This document shows positions 28,162-41,004 of a stretch of 64,000 nt of DNA, piece after piece. Each line of letters opens with the position of its first letter. Position 1 is the first letter of the stretch. The notes under the pieces are model-generated. The model saw nothing but the letters and a program-made list of their open reading frames with translations, ran no database searches and was not told where the DNA came from. This DNA is from the human T2T-CHM13v2.0 reference genome, Homo sapiens: NCBI RefSeq assembly GCF_009914755.1, contig NC_060929.1; one strand, 5' to 3'. Made by a program: the position numbers and the translations under genes.

Positions 28162-30203
28162 AAACTTTTGTTTTAAGTTCAGGAGTACAAGTGAAGGTTT
28201 GTTACATAGGTAAACTTGTGTCATGGGGGTTTGTAGTACAGATTATTTCATCACCCAGGTATTAAACCTACTACCCATTAATTATTTTTCCTGACCCTCT
28301 CTCTCCTCCCACTCTCCACCCTCTGAAAGGCCCCAGTCTGTGTTGTTCCCCTCTACGTGTTCATGTGTTGTCATCATTTAGCTCCCACATATAAGAGGGA
28401 ACATGTGGTATTTGGTTTTCTGTTCCCGTGTTAGTTTGCTAAGGATAATGACCTCCAGCTCCATCCATATCCCTGCAAAGAACATGATTTCATTCTTTTT
28501 CATGGCTCCATTCTTTTCCATGGTGTATATGTACCACATTTTCTTTATCTAGTCTTTCATTGATGGGCATTTAGGTTGATTCCATGTCTTTGCTATTGTG
28601 AATAGTGCTCCAAAGAACCTATGTGTGAATGTGTCTTTATAATAGAATGATTTATATTCCTTTGGGTATATACCCAGTAATGGGATTCCTGGGTCGAATG
28701 GTATTTCTGTCTTCAGGTCTTTGAGGAATTACCACACTGTCTTCCACAATGGCTGAACTTATTTACACTACCACCAACAGCATATAAGCATTCATTTTTC
28801 TCCACAACATTGTCAACATCTGTTATTTTTTGACTTTTTAATAAAAAATAACAGTGCTGTGAGATAGTATCTGATTGGTGTGAGATGGTATCTCATTGTG
28901 GTTTTGATTTGCATTTCTCTAATAATCAGTGATGTTGAGCTTTTCTCCATATGATTGTTGTCTGCATGTATATCTTCTTGTGAAAAGTGTCTATTCATGT
29001 CCTTTGCCCACTTTTTAATGGGGTTGTTTGTTTTATTCTTGTAAACTTGTTTAAGTTCCTGATAAATGCTGGATATTAGATTTTTATCACATATATAGTT
29101 TGCAAAAATTTTCTCCTTTACTGTAGGTTGTCTGTTTACTCTGTTGATAGGTTCTCTTGCTGTACAGAAGCTCTTTAGTTTAATTAGATCCCATTTGTCA
29201 ATTTTTGCTTTTGTTGCAATTGCTTTTGGTGTCTTTGTCATGAAATCTTTGCCCATGTCTATATCCTGAATGTATTGCCTAGGTTGTCTTCCAGGGCTTT
29301 GGTAGTTTGGGGTTTTACATTTAAGTTTCTAATCCATCTTGAGTTAATTTTTGTGTATGGTGTAAGAGAGTGGTCCAATGGCAGTCTTCTGCATATGGCT
29401 AGCCAGTTATCCCAGCACCATTTATTGAATAGGGAATCCTTTCCTATTGCTTGTTTTTGTCAGGTTTTTGGGAGATCATATAGTTGTAGGTGTGTGGTTT
29501 TATTTCTGGGTTCTTTATTCTGTTGCATTGGTTGATGTGTCGGTTTTTGTACCAGTACCGTGGTGTTTTGGTTATTGTAGCCCTGTAGTATAGTTTGAAG
29601 TGGGGTAGCATGATGCCTCCAGCTTTGGTCTTTTTGTTTAGGATTGCTTTGGCTATTCAAGCTCTTTTTTGGTTCCATATGAATTTTAAAATACCTTTTT
29701 CTAGTTCTTTGAAGAATGTCAATGGTAATTTCATAGCAATAACACTGAATCTATAAGTGACTTTGGGCAATATGACCATTTTAGCGATACTGATTCTTCT
29801 CATCCATAATCATGGGATGTTTTTCAATTTGTTTGTGTCATCTCTGATTTCTTTGAGCAGTGTTTTGTAGTTCTCCTTGTAGACATCTTTCACCTCCCTA
29901 GTTAGTTGTATTCCTAGGTATTTTATTCTTTTTGTTGCATTCGTGAATAGGAGTTCTGTCCTGATTTGGCTCTCAGCTTGACTGTTGTTGGTGTATAGAA
30001 ATGCTGGTGATTTTTGTGCTTTGATTTTCCATCCTGAGACTTTGCTGAAGTTGTTTATCAGCTTAAGAAGTTTTGGGGATGAGACTATGGGGTTTTCTAG
30101 ATATAAGATCCTGTCATCTGCAAACAGGAATAGTTTGACTTCCTTTCTTCCTATTTGGATGCCCTTTATCTCTTTCTCTTGTTTCACTGCCCTGACCAGA
30201 ACT
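28162..30203 (-). mobile_element. L1PA13-like LINE, 5'-truncated (~2 kb)
   Basis: 3' UTR cccactctccaccctctgaaaggcccc; ORF2 relics 28813-29256 ([30 protein letters not shown]) and 29810-30187 ([13 protein letters not shown]). Confidence 0.93.
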
Positions 30204-30211
30204 CTACTTTT

Positions 30212-30442
30212 CTACAGAATGTAATGTTTCACTAACCATCTCCACAACTCAATGCAAGTCAAGCCACACCCTCTGGATATCCCTTCCACCTTGTGGGCCA
30301 TTACTGTAACTGTTGGGCAGCTGAGAACCACCTCTTGACCTCTGTTACTTTGGAGAGTCAACATCTCCATGGATATTAATGAGCCCAGGTCTGTAGTTAC
30401 TTCCTCTACCATCAGTCCTGACTTGCAGAGGAGAGCCACCAC
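30212..30442 (-). pseudogene. ERVL gag relic
   Basis: VALLCKSGLMVEEVTTDLGSLISM...LTCIELWRWLVKH resembles recalled ERVL Gag IALLCRPDLTVGTAATQL...LTRADLWRWLINH. Confidence 0.65.
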
Positions 30443-30899
30443 TGAACTTCTTAATGACGTTAGTGACCTTCTTGCCAGCTCATTCTTGATAAATTCGGTA
30501 AACAGTGGATCCTCTGAGCTCTTCTATTAACATTCCATCTAAGAGATTTTCTGAGCAGTGGAAGTAATATGTCTATTCTTGCATGCCCCTTTCCCTCAAT
30601 CTTTTTATTCATTGTTCTATCATCCTCCAGGGCAACTCTGACATTCTAATTTTTCAGCATTGGCCATCACTTTCTTCAGGCCTCCAAAAACCACTTTAAC
30701 AGTGAGTTTACCACATTCCCTGGGGTCCTTGCCAGAATTTTAAATATTGTATCCTGAGAAGGTACTCCCAAGACAGTGAATTCTTGACTATCCAGTCTTA
30801 TATTGTACCCCTTTAATCAAGTACCCCTTAAAAACATTCCCAGAGGTATTTTTTGTGTGTGCCTACTAGCAAAAAGACAGTGCAACAATTCTATTGCCA

Positions 30900-31115
30900 T
30901 GGTTTAGATTTTACTTCCATTGATTTCCATTCATTAGTTCTGTCACCTTGAGTGAATAACTTATTTTTATTATGCCTCAGTTTCTGCATATGCAAAATAG
31001 AGGTGATTATATTAATATCTGTCTGAGTAATCATGAGTGTTAAATATAATACATATAAGGTACTTAGTACTTTGCCTGTGCACAGCAAACACTCAAGAAA
31101 ATACTAGCAATTACT
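30900..31115 (+). mobile_element. MIR SINE
   Basis: ctgtcaccttgagtgaataactt...gcctcagtttctgcatatgcaaaatagagg...cactcaagaaaatactagc. Confidence 0.8.
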
Positions 31116-32119
31116 GCCTTCATGTAAAGAATAGCTTAGCTACCCACTGTCTTCTGGTCACCTTGCATGTGGTACTGTGGTCAGAGATGACAGTGGGTCA
31201 TATAACAACTTATCTAAAATACTGTACTGCAAAATAAGCTACCACCAGCTTCACTTCAAGGACTCTGTAATGATTTTTATTTGGAAAAAAAACCCCACAA
31301 AATCTGGTATTTGTAATTGTAGCAACTTTCCAAACCATTACAGGGTGACACTGTTAACAGTGGTGGCTCTTAGCTTCAAGCCCTTTGCAGCCAACTCTCA
31401 TTAAGGTGGAACATGCTACATTTTAGAGGCTTCTGTCAGCTCTCCTCATGGGTTAGGTGTTTTCACTTGATTCTAATGCTGCAAACCATAAACTGTCTCT
31501 TTTAGCTCATGACGAGTTGACTTTTTCCATGCGACAACAGAGCCCTCTGGTTGATTTTAAAAATTAGATTGGGAACTTGGGCTTTTAAAGATTGGATTGG
31601 GAACTTGGAAGAGGCAGTTCTGCCAGGAAAAAGGTACAGGATGCATGAAAAATAACATAGCCCAAGTGGAGAGAAGGTCTAGAATAAGGGTATGCACCTC
31701 TTAGCAACATGACAACAGGACATTAAATTAAGATTTAATAAGTATTAGGAGCTAAATTCCAAGAGAGATGAGCACAGGAGACACACAAACGTGCACCAAA
31801 GTGTAACTCAAAGCCACTCCAAATAGGACCTTTCCTTGTAGATGCAATAACATAAGCCAGACTGGACTGGGATCTAATCATAAGACACAAGGGTTGAAGC
31901 ATAAATGTAGCTTCTGGGAGACTTGGGGGACAGGCTTACAATGGAATTATTAAAAAATGGACCATGAGTGTTTCCAAAATTACTTTGGAGGGCATGTGAT
32001 CATGTTAGCTACACCAAGCACTCCCAATAGTTCTATACTCAAGACATAAATAACTATTCATTCTCAAATATTTGAGGGCCTACTACACACATTCCAGTTA
32101 AGAATATCTGGTGATCTTT

Positions 32120-32300
32120 GCATGGTTTTGAATCTGAGCTCTACAACTTACCAGGTGTGTGACTTCTTTATAATTCTGTTACTTCGGTTACACAAAAATA
32201 ATTTTCTCCTGGAGTTATCGTGAAGATTAAATGATCTAATGTATACAAAGTTTCTAAAATTGTACCTGGCACAAACTCTCAATAAATGCAGTGGTTAATA
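32120..32300 (+). mobile_element. MIR SINE
   Basis: ttgaatctgagctctacaacttacc...gtgaagattaaatgatctaatgtatacaaag...cctggcaca...ctcaataaatg. Confidence 0.7.
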
Positions 32301-33842
32301 TCATTGTGATTGCTCCTTTGGTACTAAGATCTGAGTAAAACATGGTCCATACCAGTTTGGGGCTTATAATTCATCAAAACTAATGACAAACCAATAGTGT
32401 AATAAGTACTGTGGTTCAGTAATGTTTATTTTTGGCCAGGGAAAAATAGATGGTTTGAAGGATTTGCTTCCTGAGCAAGAAGGGCTGTTAAGAAGAAAAC
32501 AAAGATAACGTTTTGAGGAAAAAGGAAGTCAAAATTTTCTTTTTTGGGGTGGGAAAGAAAGAAAATTATTGTTAGGGACTATCCACTAAAGCCTGTCAAA
32601 AATTCGAGTGTTTTTCTTTAAAGAGGTCCAGATAGAGGTAACACTGCACACGCAGTGCTGCATGCAAGTTTTGTTTTTGTTTTTTTAAAATAAGTATTCA
32701 GAATCCAGTTTTTCTTACATTTTATTAGTTATAAAGCATGATGGCGAATCCTTTTCCAAATTCTCCTGGTTAGAATTTAGGAACTGAGAAACGGCTAAGG
32801 GAACCTTGCACTTCCATGAAAGACAAATCAAGTGAGGCAAAAAGCTAAGGAGCATCTCACAGCTCAGTCTGGGCATGGACCATGGCTTTTAATGGCACTT
32901 CGCAAAAAGAAACAGAACATTTTTCCTGTACTGGGCTCCCTGCCAGGCTGCAGAGAGCATTTGTACATTAGTGTGTGGGCATAAACCAAAAAGCCGTTTC
33001 CATGAACAGGAAGGTAATGTAATGTAACTAGATCCTTGGGATCCTGGAAGCTGAGCCTCTGTTCCAGGTCCTCCTTGCAGTCCCAAGGATACACAGAGAG
33101 CTTGAAAATGTGGTGGGGACCAGTTTGGTCAGTCTTTAAAGGGCAGGTCATGTCAATGTTTATTAATGAACTGAAAAGCCCTCTATCTACTGGAGCCTGC
33201 TTAGGGCACTCCTCACACAGTTTCCATATCTTTAGAGAAGATAGAAAGTGAATTTTAAATTGGACCTTGACAAGGAAGACATTCTGGCAGACCTTATTGT
33301 TCCCTTTAGATGAGCCTTTGTGATGAGAAAATTGTCATCACCTCTCACCAAAAAGTTAAAATTGTGCCTCCAGTGAAATGGAGACCACATTGAAGATTTT
33401 CTTTGACTATTTGATTATATTTCAAATTATTTATTACCTAATGGAACACATTGAGTTTTTTTGTCATCTAAGTTTCTGTCATAATTTCTAATTAAAAATG
33501 AGTAGAAATCAGTGTCCTCCTCATAACATCTCCACAATTATAGAAGAAAATATAATAGGATCACCCTATTTGCATATTTATTCTCTTTTCTTGCTGGTTA
33601 TTCTTTTAGAGCCCTAATTAGAAAAAAAAAATTGACTGGTTGTCAAACTCATGCTTTCATGAATGCATTCATTTAGTCAACAAATATTTACGGAGTACAT
33701 ATCCTTGAGAACAGGAGAAGATAATCACGCAGGCCACTCTCTCCTGTGTGTTTATGTGTATGTGTGTCCTTATGCAGGGCTGGAAATGATATAAGCATAC
33801 ATCATATTCTTTGGTGTTTCTGTAATATCTATTTCCAGCAAG

Positions 33843-34130
33843 GTCATTTATTCCACAAATATTGTTGAACTTCTATGATGTTCTAGGCACTGTTTTAGTC
33901 ACTGGGGCTGAAGCAAAAGCAAAGTCCTTGCCCTCTTGGTGCTTACACTCCAGGAGAGGGGAGGAGGTAGACAAACAATAACCGAATTACAAAATATAGT
34001 GTAATAAATCAGATGGTGAAAGTGCTAAGAAGAAAATTAAAGCAGAATAAAAGGAAAAGATGATGGAAGAAACCCAATTTTAGAATGACTGTCCAGAGAA
34101 GGTGACATAGAATGAAGTGTTGAATGGAAG
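33843..34130 (-). mobile_element. L2 fragment
   Basis: tcatttattccacaaatattgttgaac...ctaggcactg...aagtccttgccctc...agtgctaagaagaaaattaaagcag. Confidence 0.7.
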
Positions 34131-34226
34131 ACTCCTTGTCCATCCTAAGAAATTACCCCTGAGGAGATGGTTAGCAGGGTTATGCATGACATGTCTACAC
34201 CTTTGTCTGAGTTTTTAAGGGGTTCA

Positions 34227-34733
<507 letters not shown>

Positions 34734-36320
34734 TCATTCTGGAGAATTTCTAGTCTCTTCTAAACACAACTTAAACTCATTTATTATCTCAGTCTCCTTA
34801 TTCAAAGCTGTGAGAAGGGAACATGTCAAGATAGCAATGGAACAAGATAATGGGTGTAAAATGACAAAAAACAGGAAACCTCTTCCTGAACAATTCTAAG
34901 TATTGTCACAAAGAAAGGAGAGTCAGTCAAGCATAGAAAAGGCAACTAAAATTGTAATTCAACATTTATGAAATGATTTATTAATTTTACCTCGGTAAGG
35001 ATTCTGGTGAGATATTGGCTGAAACAATATACAATTACCAGCTTAGAAGGGTTGAGGAGTGGATACAATGAATTGAGGAAATGAGAGTTTTAAGTGACCT
35101 ACTTTTTTTGCTTAGTGATTAGCTTGGAGATGCCTGCATTTACACAATCATAATCTTTACTATGAAAAAATAGAAAAGACTCTTAATAACAGACAATAAT
35201 AAGTGTTCTACTCTAACTGTCAAGTATTTTGTATAAGATATATTTTACATAACATTGGTGACTGCTCTCTAGAGGATATAAAATTATAGTGTTATTTTCT
35301 TTGATAAGATTGAGGGAGAATAATTGCATATTTCATGATGTACAGAAACAAAATAATTCTCACCCTAACAAAACAGACCCTATCCCAGAAGACAAGCTGA
35401 TAAGAGTGGTTACACCTATTGTGGAATTCTCTAATTTCCCTGTGATTTTGCTTAATTTTCTGATTGCTTGAATATATGTCTAATTTGTTCCCCAATTCAA
35501 TGAGAAACTATGTATCAGAAATAATTAATTTGTAGGGTTTCTAACAGAGACATCAATTCTAATAAATCACTTTTATTCAGTTGCTTCCATTAAACAAGTG
35601 TTTTTTTTTTTTTACATACCAGGAATTGTGTGCAATTCTTTTTGCTTTCAAATTGTCTGGATTTTATAAAATGTCTGCTATAAATATCTATTGGTTGTAT
35701 TATTTATAAACTTTATATTAAAAACAATAAAATTTTTTCATATAGTTATTCAAATTGCTTTTCAATGGACTTATTTCTGATGCTTCAAGTTCAAACTCTT
35801 AGGTCTACAACTAATTCTGTAATTGAAAGCTGGACCATTTAAATATTTGAAGAGAATTCTCTTTTTTATTGTTTTTTCAAGTTTCCTCTGTCTTCTTTTC
35901 TGGAGGATTAGGAGTTTCATCTCCACCTACCCTGCCTTCTGCCACATTATTCATTTCCTTCCACATCCTGGCCAGTCACTATTGAGTGAGAAACAGCTTT
36001 TCTGTGATGCCTAACCCTGAATGAAGAGCTATAATGTTACTGACTTAGAAAATCTATTAGGGTAGCATAAGATAACAGTAATTTTTTCTAATATTTGTTT
36101 CACCGAGGTGCTTTATGTTAAAGTTCCAGTAGACCTAGACCCTTGCATTTTATTTATACCTACTGGACTAAGCTATCCACCCCACACCCCCAAAGTTGTG
36201 CTAAGCAATTGGTTTTTCAATCATAATTAAGGCATTAAAATTGTTTATAAATATTAAATATTAATTTGTTAGATCACCCCACATCATCAGGTAGCAAATT
36301 ATGTTAATATGTCATTGCTG

Positions 36321-36603
36321 GGCCAGGTGCGGTGGCTTATGCGTGTAATCCCAGCACTCTGGGAGGCCGAGGTGGCCAGATCGCCTGAGGTGAGGAGTTC
36401 AAGACCAGCCTGGCCAATATGGTGAAACCCCCCCATCTCTACTAAAAATACAAAAATTAGCCGGACATGGTGTTGTGCGCCTGTAATCCCAGCTACTCCA
36501 GAGGCTGAGGAAGGAAATTGCTTGAAGCCAGGAGATGGAGGTTGCAGTGAGCCGAGATCACACCACTATACTCCAGCCTGGGTGACAGAGCAAGACTTCA
36601 TCT

Positions 36604-36618
<15 letters not shown>
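36321..36618 (+). mobile_element. Alu (AluSx-like)
   Basis: ggccaggtgcggtggcttatgcgtgtaatcccagc...gacttcatctaaaaaaaa. Confidence 0.96.
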
Positions 36619-36668
<50 letters not shown>

Positions 36669-36736
36669 CACACACATATATATACACACACGTATATATA
36701 TACACTCACATATATACATATATACACACACACACG

Positions 36737-36782
<46 letters not shown>
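36618..36782. repeat. Compound (TA)n/(CA)n microsatellite
   Basis: Alternating TA and CA runs directly after the Alu poly(A). Confidence 0.97.
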
Positions 36783-36785
<3 letters not shown>

Positions 36786-38749
36786 GCTGACTCAGCTAAA
36801 ATAGTTTCTATTTCCCTTATATCCAAGGTACTATTTATAAGTATACTCATACACTCTTGCACAAGTAATTGATTACTTGATACTAACTGACATTAAAGAG
36901 ATCAGTATCAAAACAAAATTATTGTGGCATGTTTTTAGAGACCTAATCTCAGACTCATAATGGTTTATTAAATAAAATACTTTTGGTAAAATATTTAAAC
37001 ACTTACTAATGATTGCCCTTGGAATTGTTATCAAAGCACTAAGAAGGTAAACTTAGTCCCAAATCCTGGTGAAAAAGCAGATTTTTAACCTCTGCCATTC
37101 CTATTTTTCAATGGTTCTTCTTCAACATTTCTGGCTTCCTTCTCTGTAAGATGAACTTTATTGCTGTCCGATACCCCTATGGTTACTTTTCTTCTTATGT
37201 TGCTTCTATAAGTTACCTTCTTTCTCAGGCTCTTATAACTTTGGTTTCACTCCCATCCACTGCTCGTGACTATTCTATAAAAAGACAAGGACGTCCGTCC
37301 ATTCTGAAAATGAAGTCTTGTATACATCCATTCACTTAGTTTTAGGAACCTAATACATTTGCATAAAACAAAGAACTCATCTTAATCTGGATTCAACCAG
37401 ATTTGAATCTGGTTAGAAATTGTAACATGTAATCTGTGCCAATTAATCTCAGACATAAAGAGGATTAAAAAGTATTTGGAGAGAGTCTACACTGGATAAC
37501 TATTCATATAGGAAGATAATCAACAAACCAGGCTGGAAATCTAGAGAATGAGGGAATAAAGGGTCTACTGTCATCTGATGGAAGTATCATCCCAACAGAA
37601 TTCAGCTTGGCATACCTGAGAGTTTCAGTAGAATAATTAGCTCATTGATAACAGAAATAAAAGGTGCTTCCAGCTGGTGCTACAGAGGAATGTTTACTCA
37701 ATGCCTGCCTCCCTCCCTTCACCTACGTTGGGGGTCTTCTAAACCTTTCATCCCAAGTATTTATCCATAATCTGTGCCTCTAGCTGTTTCTCCAACCCCT
37801 TACCTTATTTCTATACAAAAGTCATGGTAGGGAAGGTAGAATTGGAGGGTTAATTGTGCCAGGGAATCCAGGGCAGAAGCCACTATGCTGCATCACAATA
37901 AGCTGAGGCATCTAAACCTGCATCTGCAGGGTCTCCTCTGTGTATGGAGACACAATCCACTTGTTAGATACCAGATTGCTGCCAACGGGACCCTCACCTG
38001 GACACTTGGATGAGAATGTGGCTCTTCATGGTGCCAGCTTGCCACTTCCTTGATAGAAGCAACATACACAGTGTTGAGGGAAGAAATCAACTGCTAAAAA
38101 CCAGTATTAATTTTGTATTAACTGAATGCACTAATTTCTTCTTTTGTATTTTGCCAGAGTTTTATAAATGAAGAAAAATTGGCCATTGGGCAGCTGCCAG
38201 TGTGTCAACTAAGGCTTGAGAATCAGCGTGGTGAGTTAGAATAGCCAAAGGTCAGGGGGTAGAAGTAATTTCTACTGGCTGGAGTTATTGATATCTTTTA
38301 TTTTTTGAGATAGATATTTTGTTTTCGGCCTACACTTGCTATTTTTATGGGGTGTCTATGTTCCTTTAGGGGTTAAGTTTTCTTGGTCCTCAATAAAAAT
38401 AATTTATATTCATTGGATGTCACACATTTATAAATTAGACTCAGGGAAGGCTTTTTAGATTGGGAATTTTGATTTGTTTAACAATGCAAAATGAAGAAAA
38501 CACTGAAATACAATCCTTGATATTGAACTAGACAGGCAAAAAATAAAAAAAAATTTCTGGAAGAGTTTCTCCAAAAGGATAAACAGCTACAAGTTTATAG
38601 AGAGTAAGTAATAAGAAAACTTGAGACTTAAGAAATGAATCCTTGCCACTTTCAGGGGTTTTAATTCCCCATATTTTTTGTGTTTTAGGTATATTAAGAT
38701 TTTTGTATTCTCTCATTCCTTTATTTTAATGTTCTAAACATAGTTTTAC

Positions 38750-40494
38750 TGGAGTATTGAGGTACCAAAAATTGCACATATTTAATGTGTACAATTTGAT
38801 TGGTTTGGATATATGCATACACCCATTAAACCATCACCACAACTCTATTTCTGGGTATATCTACCCAGAAGGATGGAAATTAGGATCCCAAAGAGATATC
38901 TGCTCTCCCATATTTATTGTAGCATTACCCACAATAACTGCATTATAGAAACTACCCAAATGTCCAATGACAGATGAATGGATAAAGAGAATGTGGTACA
39001 TATATACAATAGAACATTATTCTGCCTTTAAAATAAACGGAAATCCTACTCTATAGGAAAATACAGATGAATAAACGTATTCATCACCTCCCCAAATTTT
39101 TGTATATCCCTGTGTGTGGTGTGCATATGTGTGTGTGGTAAGAACACTTAATATGAGATCTACCTGAAACAAAATTTTAAGTGCATAATACAGTATTGTC
39201 GATGATAAGCACTATGCTGTATAGCAGACCTCTAGAAGTAATTTATCTTGCATAACTAAAACTTTACAGCAATTACAGACCAGTGGATCAGAATAAAGTG
39301 TACATAAATGAATTCACACATATAAAGTCAACTGAGTTTCAACAAGGGTGCCAAGAATACACAGTAAGGAAAATATAGTTTCTTCAACAAATGATACTGG
39401 GAAAACTGTATAGCCACATGCAAAAGAATAAAATCATCACCCTCTTTTACATCATATATGAAATAAACCCAAAATGGATTAAAGACTTAAACATGAGACC
39501 TGAAACTTTAAAACTCCTAGAAGAACACATAGGAGAAAAGCTTCTTTATATCAGTCTTGGCAAGAACATCTTGGATTTCTTTGTTGCTTAACACCAAAAG
39601 CACAAACAACAAAATTAAAAATAGAAAAATGGGACTACATCAAAGTTAAAAAGTTTCTGAACAGTAACAATTGACAAAATGAAAAAAACAAGCCTCAGAA
39701 TAGGAAAAAATATTTGCAAACCATCTATCTGATAAGGGGTTCATGTCAAAAATATACAAGGAATGGATACAACTCAATAGCAGGAAAACAAATAATTCAA
39801 TTAAACAGAGGGCAAAGGATCTGAAAAGACATTTTTTGAAAGAATTTATAAAAAGACCAACAAGTATATGAAAAAATGCTCAATGTTACTAATCATCACA
39901 GAAATCCAGATCAAAATTACAATGAAATATCACCTCATGCCAGTTAAGGAGGTATGTTATGAAAACTTTTAAGAGATAAGTGTTGGCAAGGATGTGGACC
40001 AATTGGAACTCTTGTATAATGATGGTGGGAATATAAATTAATATAGCTATTATGGAAAACAGTATGGAGGTTCCTTGAAAAATTTAAAAACTATCATATG
40101 ATCCAGCAACCTATTTCTGGGTATATCTACCCAGAAGGATGGAAATTAGGATCCCAAAGAGATATCTGCTCTCCCATATTTATTGTAGCATTACCCACAA
40201 TAACTGCATTATAGAAACAACCAAAATGTCCAATGACAGATGAATGGATAAAGAAAATGTGGTACATATATACAATAGAACATTATTCTGCCTTTAAAAT
40301 AAACGGAAATCCTACTCTATAGGACAATACAGATGAACCTGGAGGACAGTGTGTTAAATGAAGTAAGCCAGTCATGGAAGGACAAATACTGCATGATTCC
40401 ATGTATGTGAGATACCTAATGTAGTCAAACTCACAGAAGCAGAGATTAGAATGGTGGTTATCAGGGGCTGAGGGAAGGGGTAAATGGGGATTTG
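38750..40494 (-). mobile_element. L1MA8/9-like LINE with 5' inversion (~38750-39268 minus; ~39269-40494 plus) plus an internal templated duplication
   Basis: Antisense 3' UTR (tgcacatatttaatgtgtacaatttg...cagacctctagaa...taactaaaactttac), then sense ORF2 end/3' UTR (INPKWIKDLNMRPETLKLLEEHIGEKL) ending ggggtaaatggggatttg. Confidence 0.85.
38845..39071 (+). repeat. 227-bp direct duplicate of 40111-40337
   Basis: Base-by-base comparison gives equal length and 4 mismatches. Confidence 0.95.
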
Positions 40495-40964
40495 TCCTCA
40501 TTTCACTTCCAAACAAGTGTTTTTCTTTCTCTTTGACTTAGTCTTACTTAGTACTATTTTTAGGTGTATCTGCCAAAATCAGGACCTACTTTAGATTTAT
40601 AAAATAGATGAAGAGAGAAAGAAGAAATAAGCAACTCCTGAGAAATACTAAAGTGAATTTAATTGGATTCAGAGTGACAAAAGAGAAAAAGAGAGAGCCA
40701 GAGTATTGTATAATTCTTGAAGAGACACAGGATTATCAGCTGGTTCTTTGCCCTGATGCTCTGTTTAAGGAGTGTCTGAATAAACTGGCAAGTTTTGGAG
40801 AAACCTTATGTGTTGTTCCCATTAAAAAGATTACCAATTATTAATTATCAACCTTTGAGCATGTAATTTCCATTTGTCTGACTAAATAAATGATTTGAGA
40901 CCAAGTTTATTCCATGATATCATTTTTTCCAAAAAAATTGAATTAGCACATCTTTGTCATTCTA

Positions 40965-41004
40965 AGCCTGGGCAACAAGAGCAAAATTCCATCTCAAAAA
41001 AAAA
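40965..41004 (+). mobile_element. Alu 3'-terminal remnant (~40 bp)
   Basis: agcctgggcaacaagagcaaaattccatctcaaaaaaaaa. Confidence 0.75.

Larger units (their letters stand above)
24390..30780 (-). mobile_element. Decayed ERVL-class (ERV3-16A3/HERV16-like) internal region, interrupted by L1, MLT1 and L1 insertions
   Basis: Minus-strand peptides resembling ERVL integrase C-terminus (24840-25148) and Gag (30212-30442), in the correct gag-to-pol order. Confidence 0.75.

Noticed and set aside
28813-30187. L1 ORF2-like ORFs as a functional gene
   Set aside because: Fragmented by frameshifts and stops within a 5'-truncated L1; the RT motif is degenerate (FADDRI).
36558-36862. ORFs rich in V, C, Y and I
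   Set aside because: Translations of the TA/CA microsatellite.
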